A stretch of 62,004 bases of DNA, filler included, from Actinomycetota bacterium (lineage in GTDB: Bacteria > Actinomycetota > CADDZG01 > JAHWKV01 > JAOPZY01), in the NCBI GenBank assembly GCA_025963875.1. It is 5 parts of 5 records of this genome, joined end to end, with 100 filler letters (N's around TTAATTAATTAA, not from the genome) between each part and the next. Parts side by side here need not be neighbours in the genome. Positions count along the whole stretch, not along the records: positions 27,913 to 59,058 come from JAOPZY010000263.1; 4 more parts are not named here. One strand, 5' to 3'. The number at the start of each line of letters is the position of its first letter. The stretch's first letter is position 1. Position numbers and translations under genes: made by a program. The notes beneath the pieces are model-generated. The model was not told where the DNA came from. It saw only the letters and a list, made by a program, of their open reading frames with translations, and did no database searches. Positions 29,696 through 39,924 of this stretch are shown here, piece by piece.

Positions 29696-30609
29696 GCCTG
29701 GCACTGGATGTTGCCGCCGGCGCGGTCGGTGGCGGGACCTCGATCCTCTACGCTGCGCTCGGGGAGACCATCTCGGAGCGGGCCGGCATCATCAACCTCG
29801 GCACCGAGGGATGCATGCTCGTCGGCGCCCTCACCGGCTACGCCGTGGCGGCGATGTCGGGCAACCCCTGGATCGGCGTCGTCGCCGGGGCGGGGGCCGG
29901 GGGAGCCCTGGCCGCCCTCCACGCCATGCTCGTCATCGAGCGCAAGGCGAGCCAGTTGGCGTCCGGCCTCGTCATGCTGTTTCTCGGCCTCGGCATCACG
30001 TCGCTGTTCGGTGGCAGCTTCGTCAGCCGGACCATCCATGCCTTCACCCCGATCGCACTTCCCGGCCTTTCGAGGATCCCGGGCCTGGGCAAGATCCTGT
30101 TCAACCACGACCCGCTCACCTATCTCTCGTTCCTTGCGGCCCCGGCCATCTGGTGGCTGCTGTTCCGCAGCCGCTGGGGCCTGCTCATCCGGGGGGCCGG
30201 TGAGCGGGGCGAGGTCCTCGCCGCCTACGGCTACTCGCCGAAGTTGATCCAGTACCTGGCGGTTGTCGCCGGCGGGGCGCTGGCAGGGGTCGGCGGGGCG
30301 CAGCTGTCCACTGCCTATGCCAACTCCTGGTTCGAGGGGATGACCGCCGGTCGCGGCTTCATCGCCGTGGCCCTCGTGATCTTCGCCGGCTGGGACCCGT
30401 TGAAGGCAGTCGCCGGGGCGTACCTCTTCGGCGCAGCCCTCGCACTGTCGCCCGCACTGCAGGCCAGGGGCTACGCCCTCAACCAGTTCGCCCTCGACGC
30501 CCTGCCCTACGTCATCACGATCCTGGTGCTGGTGTTCCTGTCCCGCAAGCGGCTGCACGCCGCGCCGGAGGGCCTGATCCGCACGCTTGCCAACGCACCG
30601 GTCCGGTAG
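29692..30609 (+). CDS. ABC transporter permease 2 (NupC-like)
   Basis: LGETISERAGIINLGTEG, GRGFIAVALVIF; ATGA overlap. Confidence 0.92.
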   Translation: MSLALDVAAGAVGGGTSILYAALGETISERAGIINLGTEGCMLVGALTGYAVAAMSGNPWIGVVAGAGAGGALAALHAMLVIERKASQLASGLVMLFLGLGITSLFGGSFVSRTIHAFTPIALPGLSRIPGLGKILFNHDPLTYLSFLAAPAIWWLLFRSRWGLLIRGAGERGEVLAAYGYSPKLIQYLAVVAGGALAGVGGAQLSTAYANSWFEGMTAGRGFIAVALVIFAGWDPLKAVAGAYLFGAALALSPALQARGYALNQFALDALPYVITILVLVFLSRKRLHAAPEGLIRTLANAPVR

Positions 30610-30650
30610 CGGCCGGCTATGACCACCAACCAAGGGGGAGGAAGAGTGGC

Positions 30651-31829
30651 ATGAGAGCGAGAAGAGTGGTGGCGGCATTGAGCGCGGTGGTGGCCCTGGT
30701 GGGCGCAGCCTGCTCCAGCAACGTCTCGTCCGGGGCGGGGTCCGGGCCGAGCTCCAGCTCGAGCGCCACGGGGGCGCCCGGGCTCGGCGGGAGCGCCATC
30801 GGCTTCATCTTCGTCGGCCCGAAGAACGACTTCGGCTACAACCAGGCCGCCTACGACGGCAGCCAGGCGGTGAAGGCGGCGTACCCCAACCTCAAGGTGC
30901 TGACCGCCGAGAACGTGCCCGAGGACGACAACGCCACCCGCGTGATGAACAGCATGATCAGCCAGGGGGCCAAGATCATCTTCGCCACCTCCTACGGGCA
31001 CCTGAACCCCGCCGAGGCGGTCGCCGCCCAGCACCCCGACGTCGTGGTGGTCCAGCAGGGCAACCTCATCCCCACGTCCACGGCCATCCCGAAGAACATG
31101 GGCACCTACTTCGGCACCGTGTACGAGCCGGTCTACCTGGCGGGCATCGCGGCGGGCAAGGCGACGAAGACCAACAAGCTCGGCTACGTCTACGCCTTCC
31201 CCATCTCGCAGTCGATCGACAACATCGACGCCTTCGAGCTCGGAGCACAATCGGTGAATCCGGCCGCCAAGACCTCCGTGGTCAACACCTCCGCATGGTG
31301 TGACCCCGGCAAGCAGACGCTGGCGGCGAGCAGCCTGCTGTCCCAGGGCGTCGACGTCATCACCCAGCACCAGGACTGCACGTCGACGATCATCAAGGCG
31401 ACCGAAGCTGCCGGGAAGTACTCGGTCGGGTACCACGCCGATGCCTCGTCGCTGGCTCCCAAGGGCTGGCTGACCGGGTCGGAGTGGAACTGGGGCCCGC
31501 TCTACACCGACATCGTCAAGACCGTCCTGGCCGGCAGCTTCACGGGCAGCAAGTACAACGCCAACTACCGGGTGGGCTACAAGACGGGCGACAACCCGTT
31601 CGTGCAGTCGAAGTTCGGCCCATCGGTGAGCGACGACACCAAGGCGCTGATCGCCACGGCCAAGACCGCCCTGGGCCAGCCCGACGGTTCTCCCTTCAAG
31701 GGACCGGTCATGGACCAGAGCGGCAAGGTCATCCCCGGCTTCGAGGCGGGCAAGGTGCCCGACTACGCAACGATCGAAAGCCTCACCACGTTCGTGCAGG
31801 GGATCGTCGGACAGATCCCGAAGTCCTGA
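30651..31829 (+). CDS. BMP-family ABC substrate-binding lipoprotein
   Basis: Lipobox GAAC, GFIFVGPKNDFGYNQA, IFATSYG. Confidence 0.92.
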   Translation: MRARRVVAALSAVVALVGAACSSNVSSGAGSGPSSSSSATGAPGLGGSAIGFIFVGPKNDFGYNQAAYDGSQAVKAAYPNLKVLTAENVPEDDNATRVMNSMISQGAKIIFATSYGHLNPAEAVAAQHPDVVVVQQGNLIPTSTAIPKNMGTYFGTVYEPVYLAGIAAGKATKTNKLGYVYAFPISQSIDNIDAFELGAQSVNPAAKTSVVNTSAWCDPGKQTLAASSLLSQGVDVITQHQDCTSTIIKATEAAGKYSVGYHADASSLAPKGWLTGSEWNWGPLYTDIVKTVLAGSFTGSKYNANYRVGYKTGDNPFVQSKFGPSVSDDTKALIATAKTALGQPDGSPFKGPVMDQSGKVIPGFEAGKVPDYATIESLTTFVQGIVGQIPKS

Positions 31830-31854
31830 TGGCCCACGCTGACCGCTGACGAGA

Positions 31855-32475
31855 GTGGACGACATCGTGGTCGAGGGCACGGCACCGTATCCCTGGCCCT
31901 GGGACGGGCGGCTGGACCCGTCCCGGCTTGCCCTGGTGGCCCTGGGCTGCCAGCGCTGGTGGGCCGACCGGACGTCGGGGGTGGAGGGGGCGCTGGCAGC
32001 CCTCGCCCGGACGGCCTCGGCAGTGAGGGATGCGGGAGGGCTGGTCGTGGCCGTGCGCCACGGCCGGCCCACCGGTGCGGCACGGCGACGGAGCCTGCTG
32101 CCCCGACTCGGCGAGGTGGGCTGGGAGCCCGTGTCCCCCAGCGTCCGGGGCGACCTTGTCGTGCATGCCCTCGGCGTCGATGCCTTCTTCGGCGGTAGCC
32201 TCGACGCCGACCTGCGCTCGCTTCACCGGGACACCCTGGTGCTCGGGGGCCTCGGGCTCGAGACCGCCGTGTACTCGACCATGACCGGAGCCAACGACCG
32301 GGGCTACGAGTGCCTCGCCCTCACCGACGCCAGCGCTCCCCACGACGCTCAGGTCGCCGAGCGTGCCCTGTGCAGCATCACGATGTCGGGAGGGATCTTC
32401 GGGGCCGTGGGCACGAGCACGGCGCTCTGCGCCGCGCTGGAAGGTGCAAGCCAACCGAGAAAGGAGACCACATGA
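31855..32475 (+). CDS. Isochorismatase-fold BiuH paralog lacking the Asp-Lys-Cys triad
   Basis: Keeps [16 protein letters not shown] and GGIFG, but has LGCQ, HALG and ETAV at the catalytic positions. Confidence 0.75.
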   Translation: MDDIVVEGTAPYPWPWDGRLDPSRLALVALGCQRWWADRTSGVEGALAALARTASAVRDAGGLVVAVRHGRPTGAARRRSLLPRLGEVGWEPVSPSVRGDLVVHALGVDAFFGGSLDADLRSLHRDTLVLGGLGLETAVYSTMTGANDRGYECLALTDASAPHDAQVAERALCSITMSGGIFGAVGTSTALCAALEGASQPRKETT

Positions 32476-33161
32476 TCTATGGATCGGTCGACGCCGACCC
32501 CTACCCGTGGCCCTACGACGGGGCCATCGACCCGGCGCACACCGCGCTGGTCTGCATCGACTGGCAGACCGATTTCTGCGGCCCCGGGGGCTACGTGGAC
32601 TTCATGGGCTACGACCTGAAGCTGACGCGGGCCGGGCTCGAGCCGACCGCGGCCGTGCTGGCCGCGGTGCGCGAGCGCGGGTTCATGGTGGTGCACACCC
32701 GGGAGGGCCACCTGCCCGACCTGGTGGACTGTCCCCCCAACAAGCTGTGGCGGTCGAAGCGGATCGGCGCCGGCATCGGCGACGCAGGTCCCTGCGGGCG
32801 GATCCTCGTGCGGGGTGAGCCCGGCTGGGACATCGTGCCCGAGGTGTATCCGGTCGAGGGCGAGATCATCATCGACAAGCCCGGCAAGGGTTCGTTCTAC
32901 GCCACCGAGCTGGACCTCATGCTCCGGACGCAGGGCATCACCCACCTGATCTTCACCGGCATCACGACGGACGTCTGCGTGCACACGACCATGCGGGAGG
33001 CCAACGACCGGGGCTACGAGTGCCTCCTGCTCGAGGACTGCACCGGGGCAACCGACTACGGCAACTACCTCGCGGCCCTGCAGATGGTGAAGATGCAGGG
33101 CGGGGTGTTCGGGGCGGTGGCCCGCTCCGAGGTCCTGCTGGCAACGCTGTCCGCTTCTTGA
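32472..33161 (+). CDS. biuH: Biuret hydrolase
   Basis: [46 protein letters not shown], closely matching Rhizobium BiuH motifs as I recall them. Confidence 0.88.
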   Translation: MIYGSVDADPYPWPYDGAIDPAHTALVCIDWQTDFCGPGGYVDFMGYDLKLTRAGLEPTAAVLAAVRERGFMVVHTREGHLPDLVDCPPNKLWRSKRIGAGIGDAGPCGRILVRGEPGWDIVPEVYPVEGEIIIDKPGKGSFYATELDLMLRTQGITHLIFTGITTDVCVHTTMREANDRGYECLLLEDCTGATDYGNYLAALQMVKMQGGVFGAVARSEVLLATLSAS

Positions 33162-34648
33162 GTACGAAACCTCCCGGCAGCCGGGGCGGCGAAGCAGTCG
33201 CCTCGGCGCTCGCGGCGCTGGCCGGCTACCGTCCCACCCGCATCGAGCGGCGTCCGGCCTTCGACGTCCATCTGCCGGGCGGGCCGGGGCAGCCGGGGGC
33301 GAACGGCAGCGTTGCGGCCGCGGGTGCGGAGTGTTGCAGCATTGGCGCCGCCGCGGCGGAACTCCGCACCGGGGCGACGACGAGCGGCCGGCTGGTCCAG
33401 GAGTCCCTCGAGGCCGTGCGCCGGGGCTCCAGCCTGCGCGCCGTGGTCCATCTGATGGCGGACGAAGCTGCAGCGCAAGCCGCCGGCCTCGACGCCGAGC
33501 TGGCAGCGGGCCACGACCGCGGGCCCCTGCACGGGATCCCCATGACGGTCAAGGACATCATCCACGTGGCCGGCGCTCCCACCCGTGCGGGCTCGGCCGT
33601 CTACCAGCAGGTATCAGGGGTCGACGCCGAGGCGGTTTCCCGCCTGCGCGCCGCGGGAGCCGTCATCATCGCCAAGGTCTCCACCCACGAGTTCGCCCTC
33701 GGCGTCACGACGCCCCAGAGCCGCAACCCCCACGACCAGACCCGGATCCCCGGAGGCTCGAGCGGCGGCTCGGCGATCGCGGTGTCGACGGGCATGGGAC
33801 TCGCATCGCTCGCCACCGACACCCGGGCGTCGATCCGGGTGCCAGCCGCGTTCTGCGGCGTGGTCGGGCTCAAGCCCACCTACGGCGCGGTGCCCACCTC
33901 CGGCATCGTCCCGAACTCGTGGACCATGGACCACATCGGCCCCCTGACGAGGACCGTGGGCGACGCCGCAACCATGCTCGAGGTGCTCACCGCAGGCCGG
34001 AGCCGGCTGCGCGCGTGGGTGGGGTCGCCGGTGGCCGGGCTGCGCATCGGCGTGCCCATGGCCGCGTTCGCCGACATCGAGCCGGGCGTGGAGGCCGGCG
34101 TCCGGGCGGCGCTCGCGGCGGCCGAGGCCCTGGGGTGCGCAGTCACCGAGGCACTCCGGCCCACTGCAGCCGACCTGGACGATGCCAACGCCGCCGGCAT
34201 GATCGTCAGCCGGTGCGAGGCTGCGACGTTCCACCGGAGCCTGGGGGCGGACCGCTCCCAGTACTGGGAGGAGGTGGCCGACCAGCTCCAGGCGGCCGCC
34301 GCCATCCCGGCGATCGACTATCTGGACGCTCAGCGCCTCCGGGCCGACCTCACCGAGGGCCTCCTGGCGGCATTCGAGCACCACGACGTCCTCGCCATGC
34401 CCACGGTCCCCGTCGTCGCTCCCCATGTGGAGGACTTCGCCCGGTATCTCCTGGTCCTGTCGCGCAACACCACCCTGTGGTCGCTGACCGGTTTCCCCGC
34501 CATCTCGGTGCCCTGCGGCACCGCCGGCGGCCTGCCCTTCGCCCTGCAGCTCGTTGCTCCCCCGTGGCGGGAGGACCTCCTGGTTGCGCTCGGCAGCGCC
34601 CTCGAAGTTGCCCTGGCGGCCCTGTCGTTGGATTCTTTTTCTGTTTGA
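33158..34648 (+). CDS. Amidase-signature enzyme (AtzE/AtzF-like)
   Basis: [43 protein letters not shown] overlap. Confidence 0.88.
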   Translation: MSTKPPGSRGGEAVASALAALAGYRPTRIERRPAFDVHLPGGPGQPGANGSVAAAGAECCSIGAAAAELRTGATTSGRLVQESLEAVRRGSSLRAVVHLMADEAAAQAAGLDAELAAGHDRGPLHGIPMTVKDIIHVAGAPTRAGSAVYQQVSGVDAEAVSRLRAAGAVIIAKVSTHEFALGVTTPQSRNPHDQTRIPGGSSGGSAIAVSTGMGLASLATDTRASIRVPAAFCGVVGLKPTYGAVPTSGIVPNSWTMDHIGPLTRTVGDAATMLEVLTAGRSRLRAWVGSPVAGLRIGVPMAAFADIEPGVEAGVRAALAAAEALGCAVTEALRPTAADLDDANAAGMIVSRCEAATFHRSLGADRSQYWEEVADQLQAAAAIPAIDYLDAQRLRADLTEGLLAAFEHHDVLAMPTVPVVAPHVEDFARYLLVLSRNTTLWSLTGFPAISVPCGTAGGLPFALQLVAPPWREDLLVALGSALEVALAALSLDSFSV

Positions 34649-34664
34649 CCACGCTTTCAAGCGG

Positions 34665-36242
34665 TCAAACAGAATCTCGATTTTCGGATGGCGCTGCGAC
34701 GGCGGCCCGGCGGTCCGTGTCCTCGGCAGGGTTGCGCCGGGGGACCACCCGGACCCGCACCGTCGTCCCCTCCCCCGGCGTGCTCTCGACCTCCAGCCGG
34801 CCCCCGATGCGCCGTGCCCGCTGGCTCATCGTCTGCAGGCCCATGTGGCCCGGCCGGCGGACGGCCGGGTCGAAGCCGCAGCCGTCGTCCGAGATCTCCA
34901 GCACGAGCTCGCCCGGAGGGGCGGCGGTCCCTGGCGCGGCGGTCCCTCGGGGCGGCAGGAGACGGATCCGCACGCGGCCGGCGCCGGCGTGCTTCATGAC
35001 GTTGTGGAGTGCCTCCTGGCCGATGCGGTAGAGCTGCTCCTCGGTGATGGGGTCGAAGTCGATCAGGTCCTCCGGAGCTTCCACCTCGACGGCGAACTCG
35101 TCCCGAGCGGCGATGCCGGCTGCCTGCTTGCGGAGCGCGGCGACGAGGCCCTCCTCCCGTAGCGCCCCGGGACGCAGCTCGAAGATCAACGCCCGCATCT
35201 CCGCCAGCGCCCCGTTGGTGAGCTCGCGCATGCGGGTCAGGTGGTGGGCGAGCGGCCCATCGGCGTGGAGGCCCTCCTTCTGCAGCGTCAGCTCGGCGGC
35301 ACGGGTCTGCAGCGTCATGGAGAAGAGGATCTGCGAGATCGAGTCGTGCAGCTCCCGGGCGAGGAACGTGCGCTCCTCCAGGGCCACCCGGCTCTGCATC
35401 TCCGACAGGATCTGCTCGTTCTCCTGCGCCAGGCGCTCCTGGAACCCCTCCAGCCCCGCCGCCATCTGGTTGACCGCAGCGGCGATGCGCCGGAACTCGT
35501 CCGGCCCCTCGACCCGTGCCCGGGCGGCCAGATCGTGGTTGGCGATGCGGTCGGTCGTAGCGAGGATCTCCGACAGGGGGCCGAGCAGGATGGTGCGGAA
35601 GCGGCGGCGCTCGATGACGGTGATCACCATCAGCGAGACCCCGGCCAACGCAATGACCGCCAGCATGATCGCCAGGCTGTAGCCGCCCCTCCGGCTGAGG
35701 ACCTCCCGCTGAAGTTCCACTCTCCTGACGAGCGCCTGTTCGGTGGCCCGGTAGGCGTCGAACAGCACCCGGCTCTGATCCAGGGACGCGATCAGGGCCG
35801 CCGTACCGGACGGCGGTGTGTCGATGGTCGGGGCCGCCCACTGGCTGGTCCAGCCGTCCTGCGCCCGCCGCATCGCCTGCAGGAGGCCGGCCGCCTTCGG
35901 CTCGGCGGCGAGGTCGTGGCTCGCAACGTCGTTCTGCTGGGCCAGCATCGCCCCCGCCTGACGGTAGTCGGCCAGGAAGCTGGCGTCCCTGGTGAGCAGG
36001 TAGCCCCGCAGGGCGCTCTGTCGTTCGATCATCGCCGCATCGGCAAAGGTCACCGCCTGTTCTCCGGCGGCGTAGCGGAGGGAGGGAGGGCGCAGGATCA
36101 GCAGGAGGTAGACGTTGAGGAGCCCGAGGACAACCGCGATGACGGCGATGCCCACCAGCACCCACCGGCAGGCCAGCGTGAGGCTGTCCGCGATGCTGCC
36201 CGGACCGTAGCGATCAACCTTCGGGGATACCGGGCGAGCCAT
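34665..36242 (-). CDS. CHASE3-HAMP-HisKA_3 sensor histidine kinase
   Basis: 2 TM, LRGYLLTRDASFL, ERTFLARELHDSISQ, QEALHNVMKHA. Confidence 0.92.
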   Translation of the reverse strand: MARPVSPKVDRYGPGSIADSLTLACRWVLVGIAVIAVVLGLLNVYLLLILRPPSLRYAAGEQAVTFADAAMIERQSALRGYLLTRDASFLADYRQAGAMLAQQNDVASHDLAAEPKAAGLLQAMRRAQDGWTSQWAAPTIDTPPSGTAALIASLDQSRVLFDAYRATEQALVRRVELQREVLSRRGGYSLAIMLAVIALAGVSLMVITVIERRRFRTILLGPLSEILATTDRIANHDLAARARVEGPDEFRRIAAAVNQMAAGLEGFQERLAQENEQILSEMQSRVALEERTFLARELHDSISQILFSMTLQTRAAELTLQKEGLHADGPLAHHLTRMRELTNGALAEMRALIFELRPGALREEGLVAALRKQAAGIAARDEFAVEVEAPEDLIDFDPITEEQLYRIGQEALHNVMKHAGAGRVRIRLLPPRGTAAPGTAAPPGELVLEISDDGCGFDPAVRRPGHMGLQTMSQRARRIGGRLEVESTPGEGTTVRVRVVPRRNPAEDTDRRAAVAAPSENRDSV

Positions 36243-36921
36243 CCATCACCCCTTCGCGGACCGCCCAGAGCGCTGCCTGGGTCCTCGACGGCAGCCCGAG
36301 CTTGATGAGCATGTTGCTCACGTGGGTGCGGGCGGTGCGTTCGCTGATCAGGAGCGACTTGGCGATCTCACGGTTGGACAACCCCCTGGCTACCAGGCGC
36401 AGCACCTCGCGCTCCCGCTGGGTGAGCGTGTCGGCGTTCTTGGATCGCGGCGTGCGCAGGGACTGGGACAGCTGCTTGGCGATGGTCGGATCGAGGTGGA
36501 CTTCTCCCCGATGCGCCGCCCGGATCGCCGCGGCAACCTGGTCGGCCTCGGCGTCCTTCAGCAGGTAGCCCTCCGCCCCCGCCTGGAGCGCCCCGTGCAC
36601 CCGCTCGGGCTCCGCGAAGCTGGTGAGGGCGATGACCTCGACCTCCGGGTGCCGCTCACGCAGGACCCTGGTGACCGCGATCCCGTCCATGCCGGGCATG
36701 ACGAGGTCCATCATCACGACGTCGGGCGGCGACCCCTCGGCGGACATGATCCCGATCCGTTCCAGAGCCTCCTCGCCGCCGGCGGCCTCACCCACCACCT
36801 CGATGTCGTCGACGAGTTCGAGATAGGCGCGCATGCCCCGGCGTACCACGCTGTGGTCGTCGACGAGGAACACGCGGATGGGACCAGCGGACGCCGCGTC
36901 GCTCTCACTCACTGCCGGCAC
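36214..36921 (-). CDS. NarL/LuxR-family response regulator (start uncertain)
   Basis: VFLVDDHSVVR, PDVVMMDL, LTQREREVL...TARTHVS. Confidence 0.93.
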   Translation of the reverse strand: MPAVSESDAASAGPIRVFLVDDHSVVRRGMRAYLELVDDIEVVGEAAGGEEALERIGIMSAEGSPPDVVMMDLVMPGMDGIAVTRVLRERHPEVEVIALTSFAEPERVHGALQAGAEGYLLKDAEADQVAAAIRAAHRGEVHLDPTIAKQLSQSLRTPRSKNADTLTQREREVLRLVARGLSNREIAKSLLISERTARTHVSNMLIKLGLPSRTQAALWAVREGVMDGSPGIPEG

Positions 36922-36968
36922 ATCCCGCCTTCCCGCGCCCAGGACCCTTCCGGTGCTGCTCAAAGACC

Positions 36969-37946
36969 TTACCTCCCGCCGAGAAATGCCTGCAGGCCGG
37001 CCAGGAGGGACTGCGCGGCCCGCTGGCGGAAGCCGGGATCCTCGAGCAGTGCGGCGTCCGTGTTGTCGTGCAGGTTGCCGGTCTCGATGAACACCTTCGG
37101 GACCCTGGACAGGTTCAGGCCGCCGAGGTCACCCCGCTGGTCCAGGGCGGCGCGACCGATGTAGTTGGAATAGGGCATGCCCGTACCGGCCGCATAGGCG
37201 TCGCGGATGTCGACGGCGAGCCGCTGGGAGGGGCCGGCGATGGCGTCGGTCAGGCCCGGCAGGGACACCGGGTAGATGACGTGGAACCCCCGGCCGGTGG
37301 TCGAGCCGTCGGCATGGATCGAAATCGCCACGTCGGCGTGGGCACCGTTGCCGATGGCAGCCCGTTCGTCGATGCAGGGACCCCACCCGTTGTTGTCGGT
37401 GCGCGTCAGCACCACCCTCGCCCCCGCACCCGTGAGGAGGGAGGCGAGCCGCTGTGCGACATCGAGGTTGTAGGCGGCCTCGGTGTAGCCGTCCCTGGCC
37501 GCGGTCCCGGTCGTGTCGCAGGCCTTGGTGCCGTTGCCGATATCGACGAGACGGTTGATCTCGGCGGTATGGGCGTAGTTCTGGCCGTTGTGGCCGGGAT
37601 CGATGGCGACGACTCGCCCGGCGAGGCCGGAGGCCGCGACGGGGATGGGAGCGGACGGCGGCGACATGGCAGGCTTCGGGGCCGGCTTGGCGGGAGCGGG
37701 AGCCGGCTTGGCGGGAGCGGGAGCCGCTTTGGTGGGAGCGGGAGCCGGTTTGGTGGGAGCCGGCGCGGCGGTGGGGGTCGGGCTGGAGATGGAGGTTGGA
37801 CTGGCACTGACCGTTGCAGTGACCGATGCGGCCGGGCTCGGACTCTCGGCGGAGGCGGTACGGCGTTGCGAGGCGCCGGTGCAGGCCCCGGCAGCGACCA
37901 CGGCCACGAGCAGCACCACCGCCGCACGGCGCGCAGAAGACCCCAT
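36969..37946 (-). CDS. N-acetylmuramoyl-L-alanine amidase (Amidase_3) lipoprotein
   Basis: Lipobox AGAC, Pro/Ala linker, IDPGHNG, ISIHADG, FIETGN. Confidence 0.9.
   Translation of the reverse strand: MGSSARRAAVVLLVAVVAAGACTGASQRRTASAESPSPAASVTATVSASPTSISSPTPTAAPAPTKPAPAPTKAAPAPAKPAPAPAKPAPKPAMSPPSAPIPVAASGLAGRVVAIDPGHNGQNYAHTAEINRLVDIGNGTKACDTTGTAARDGYTEAAYNLDVAQRLASLLTGAGARVVLTRTDNNGWGPCIDERAAIGNGAHADVAISIHADGSTTGRGFHVIYPVSLPGLTDAIAGPSQRLAVDIRDAYAAGTGMPYSNYIGRAALDQRGDLGGLNLSRVPKVFIETGNLHDNTDAALLEDPGFRQRAAQSLLAGLQAFLGGR
37681..37760. repeat. About four 21-bp tandem coding repeats (PAPAPAK linker)
   Basis: GCCGGCTTGGCGGGAGCGGGA and variants. Confidence 0.85.
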
Positions 37947-37982
37947 CAGGATGACCTTTGGGCGAGGATAAGTGGCACGACC

Positions 37983-38873
37983 ATGATTGTGCGCCTCCCG
38001 ATCCCCCTCACACTCGCTTTGGCCGCCCTGTTGCTCGCCGGCTGCGGCAGCAGGCAGCCGGGCCAGCCGGCCGCCGCGCAGCGAGCCACCGCCGCGTCGC
38101 CGACGGCAACCGCCACCGGCGGCACCCCCGTGGCTCCGACAGGCGCTCCGTCAGCGGCTTCGCCATTGCCGTCGCCGTCGCCATTGACGTCACCATCGCC
38201 CAAGGCGGCCCAAGCCGTGCCCGCTGCCCGGCCGCCCGTGCCGGTGCAGACGCTGACGCTCGGGCGGTCGGTGCAGGGACGTCCCATCACCGCCGTGGAG
38301 TTCGGCGACCCCAGCGCCGAACGGAAACTGGTCGTCGTCGGGTGCATCCACGGCAACGAGCCTGCCGGGATCGCCATCGCCAGGCAGCTCGAGCGGCTGA
38401 CGCCTCCGGCCGGCACCGACGTCTGGGTCATCGAAAACCTGAACCCGGACGGGGTTGCCGCCAACACCCGCCAGAATGCCGGCGGCGTCGACCTCAACCG
38501 CAACTTCCCGTACGGGTGGCAGCCCCTCGAGTCTCCTGGGGCGCTCATGTACTCGGGGCCGGACTCCCTCTCCGAGCCGGAGACGAAGCTCGCGGTGGAC
38601 TTCCTCGACAAGGTCCGGCCGACGGTCAGCATCTGGTACCACCAGCACCTCGACCTCGTGGACCTGTCCGGCGGGGATGCGTCGCTCGAGCAGCGGTATG
38701 CGGCGATGGTCGGCCTCAAGACCGAGCAGTTGCAGCGGTATCCCGGCAGCGTCACGTCGTGGGAGAACCATGCGTTCCCGGGCAGTACCGCCTTCGTCGT
38801 CGAACTGCCGGCGGGGTCCCTCTCCGACGCGGCGGCGAACACCTATGCAGCAGCCGCGCTGAAGATCCTCTGA
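37983..38873 (+). CDS. M14 zinc peptidase, MpaA-like, lipoprotein
   Basis: Lipobox LAGC; LGRSVQGRPI, IHGNE, NPDG, RQNAGGVDLNRNF, SEPET. Confidence 0.88.
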   Translation: MIVRLPIPLTLALAALLLAGCGSRQPGQPAAAQRATAASPTATATGGTPVAPTGAPSAASPLPSPSPLTSPSPKAAQAVPAARPPVPVQTLTLGRSVQGRPITAVEFGDPSAERKLVVVGCIHGNEPAGIAIARQLERLTPPAGTDVWVIENLNPDGVAANTRQNAGGVDLNRNFPYGWQPLESPGALMYSGPDSLSEPETKLAVDFLDKVRPTVSIWYHQHLDLVDLSGGDASLEQRYAAMVGLKTEQLQRYPGSVTSWENHAFPGSTAFVVELPAGSLSDAAANTYAAAALKIL

Positions 38874-38886
38874 GCGCCGGGGCCAA

Positions 38887-39924
38887 CTAGTTGCCCTTGC
38901 CTTCGTGGGGGCTGTGGTCGGAGGGAGAAGGGGTCGGCGTCGGGCTGGAGGCCGTCGCCGTGGGCGTCGGAGTGGCCGTGGGAGCCGGCGAGACGTCCTT
39001 GCCGTGCCCCGAGCCAGGGGTCGAGTGGTCGTCGACCCCACCGGGGTTCCCGGTGTGGGCGGCTGCGGAGGCTCTGGCGCTGTCGATCGAGGACTGGCAG
39101 GCCGCGTCGGGCTTGGCGTCCCTGGCGACCGGTACCGTGACCGCGGTCTGGTCGCGGGCGACCAGGGAGACGAACGTGGAGCGCTCGCTGTCGCCGAGAC
39201 CAAGGGTGCCGGCGATCTGCTCCGCGTAGGCAACGCAGGTGCCGTGGTTGGCCGACGTGGCCGTCACCCCGTCGGGGATCCCGGCCGAGCTGTCGTCGCT
39301 GCGCCGGGCGCCGCCCGGCAGGGGCGAGCCATCGTGACTGCCGCGCCCCGGCGTTGCGGAGGCGCTGGGTGCGGCGGTGGCCGGGGCCCTGGTCTTGGAC
39401 GATCCGGTACCCACGGGCGGGACGGCGTGGCTGCCGCTCGATCCCGGCGATCCTGACCCGCTGCCACCCGAAGGCAGGCTGATGCCGACGCCGGAGGCGG
39501 CCTGGGCGACGGCACGCTGGATCGGTCCGGGCAGGTCCCCCTTGGCGGCGAGACCGCCCGTGGCGGCGGTGGCGGCGATCGCGGCGGCGCCGAGCGAGAG
39601 GGTCATGGTGGCCACCGACATGCCGAGGACGGTCCTGCGGCGCCACCGTGAGATCAACGGGGTTGGCGGATCGGCGAGGTCGGCGCCGGTGGTCGCTGCC
39701 TGCCGGGCGGCGGCGGCTGCCGCGGCGATGTGGCGGCGGGCGGCGTGCTCAGCAGGGGGGGCGACGTACGTGGCCTGCACGCCCTGCACGAACGCCGCGA
39801 GGTCGCCGGCGCCGTCGCTCCCGGCAGCTTTTCCCGAGAGCAGCCGGTCGATGTCCTCGTCGCGGAGGTCCTTCAGGGATCTGCGATCTCTCATGTCGTC
39901 TGAGTGAGCGCCCGGATTGGTCAA
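38887..39924 (-). CDS. Single-TM putative anti-sigma factor, cassette 1
   Basis: ATGA-coupled to ECF sigma; IDRLLSGK, ATAATGGLAAKGDLP; S/T/P-rich tail with NHGTCV. Confidence 0.7.
   Translation of the reverse strand: MTNPGAHSDDMRDRRSLKDLRDEDIDRLLSGKAAGSDGAGDLAAFVQGVQATYVAPPAEHAARRHIAAAAAAARQAATTGADLADPPTPLISRWRRRTVLGMSVATMTLSLGAAAIAATAATGGLAAKGDLPGPIQRAVAQAASGVGISLPSGGSGSGSPGSSGSHAVPPVGTGSSKTRAPATAAPSASATPGRGSHDGSPLPGGARRSDDSSAGIPDGVTATSANHGTCVAYAEQIAGTLGLGDSERSTFVSLVARDQTAVTVPVARDAKPDAACQSSIDSARASAAAHTGNPGGVDDHSTPGSGHGKDVSPAPTATPTPTATASSPTPTPSPSDHSPHEGKGN

Noticed and set aside
34921..34950. 15-bp duplication in the kinase (GTAAP twice)
   Set aside because: In-frame low-complexity loop expansion with no evident significance.
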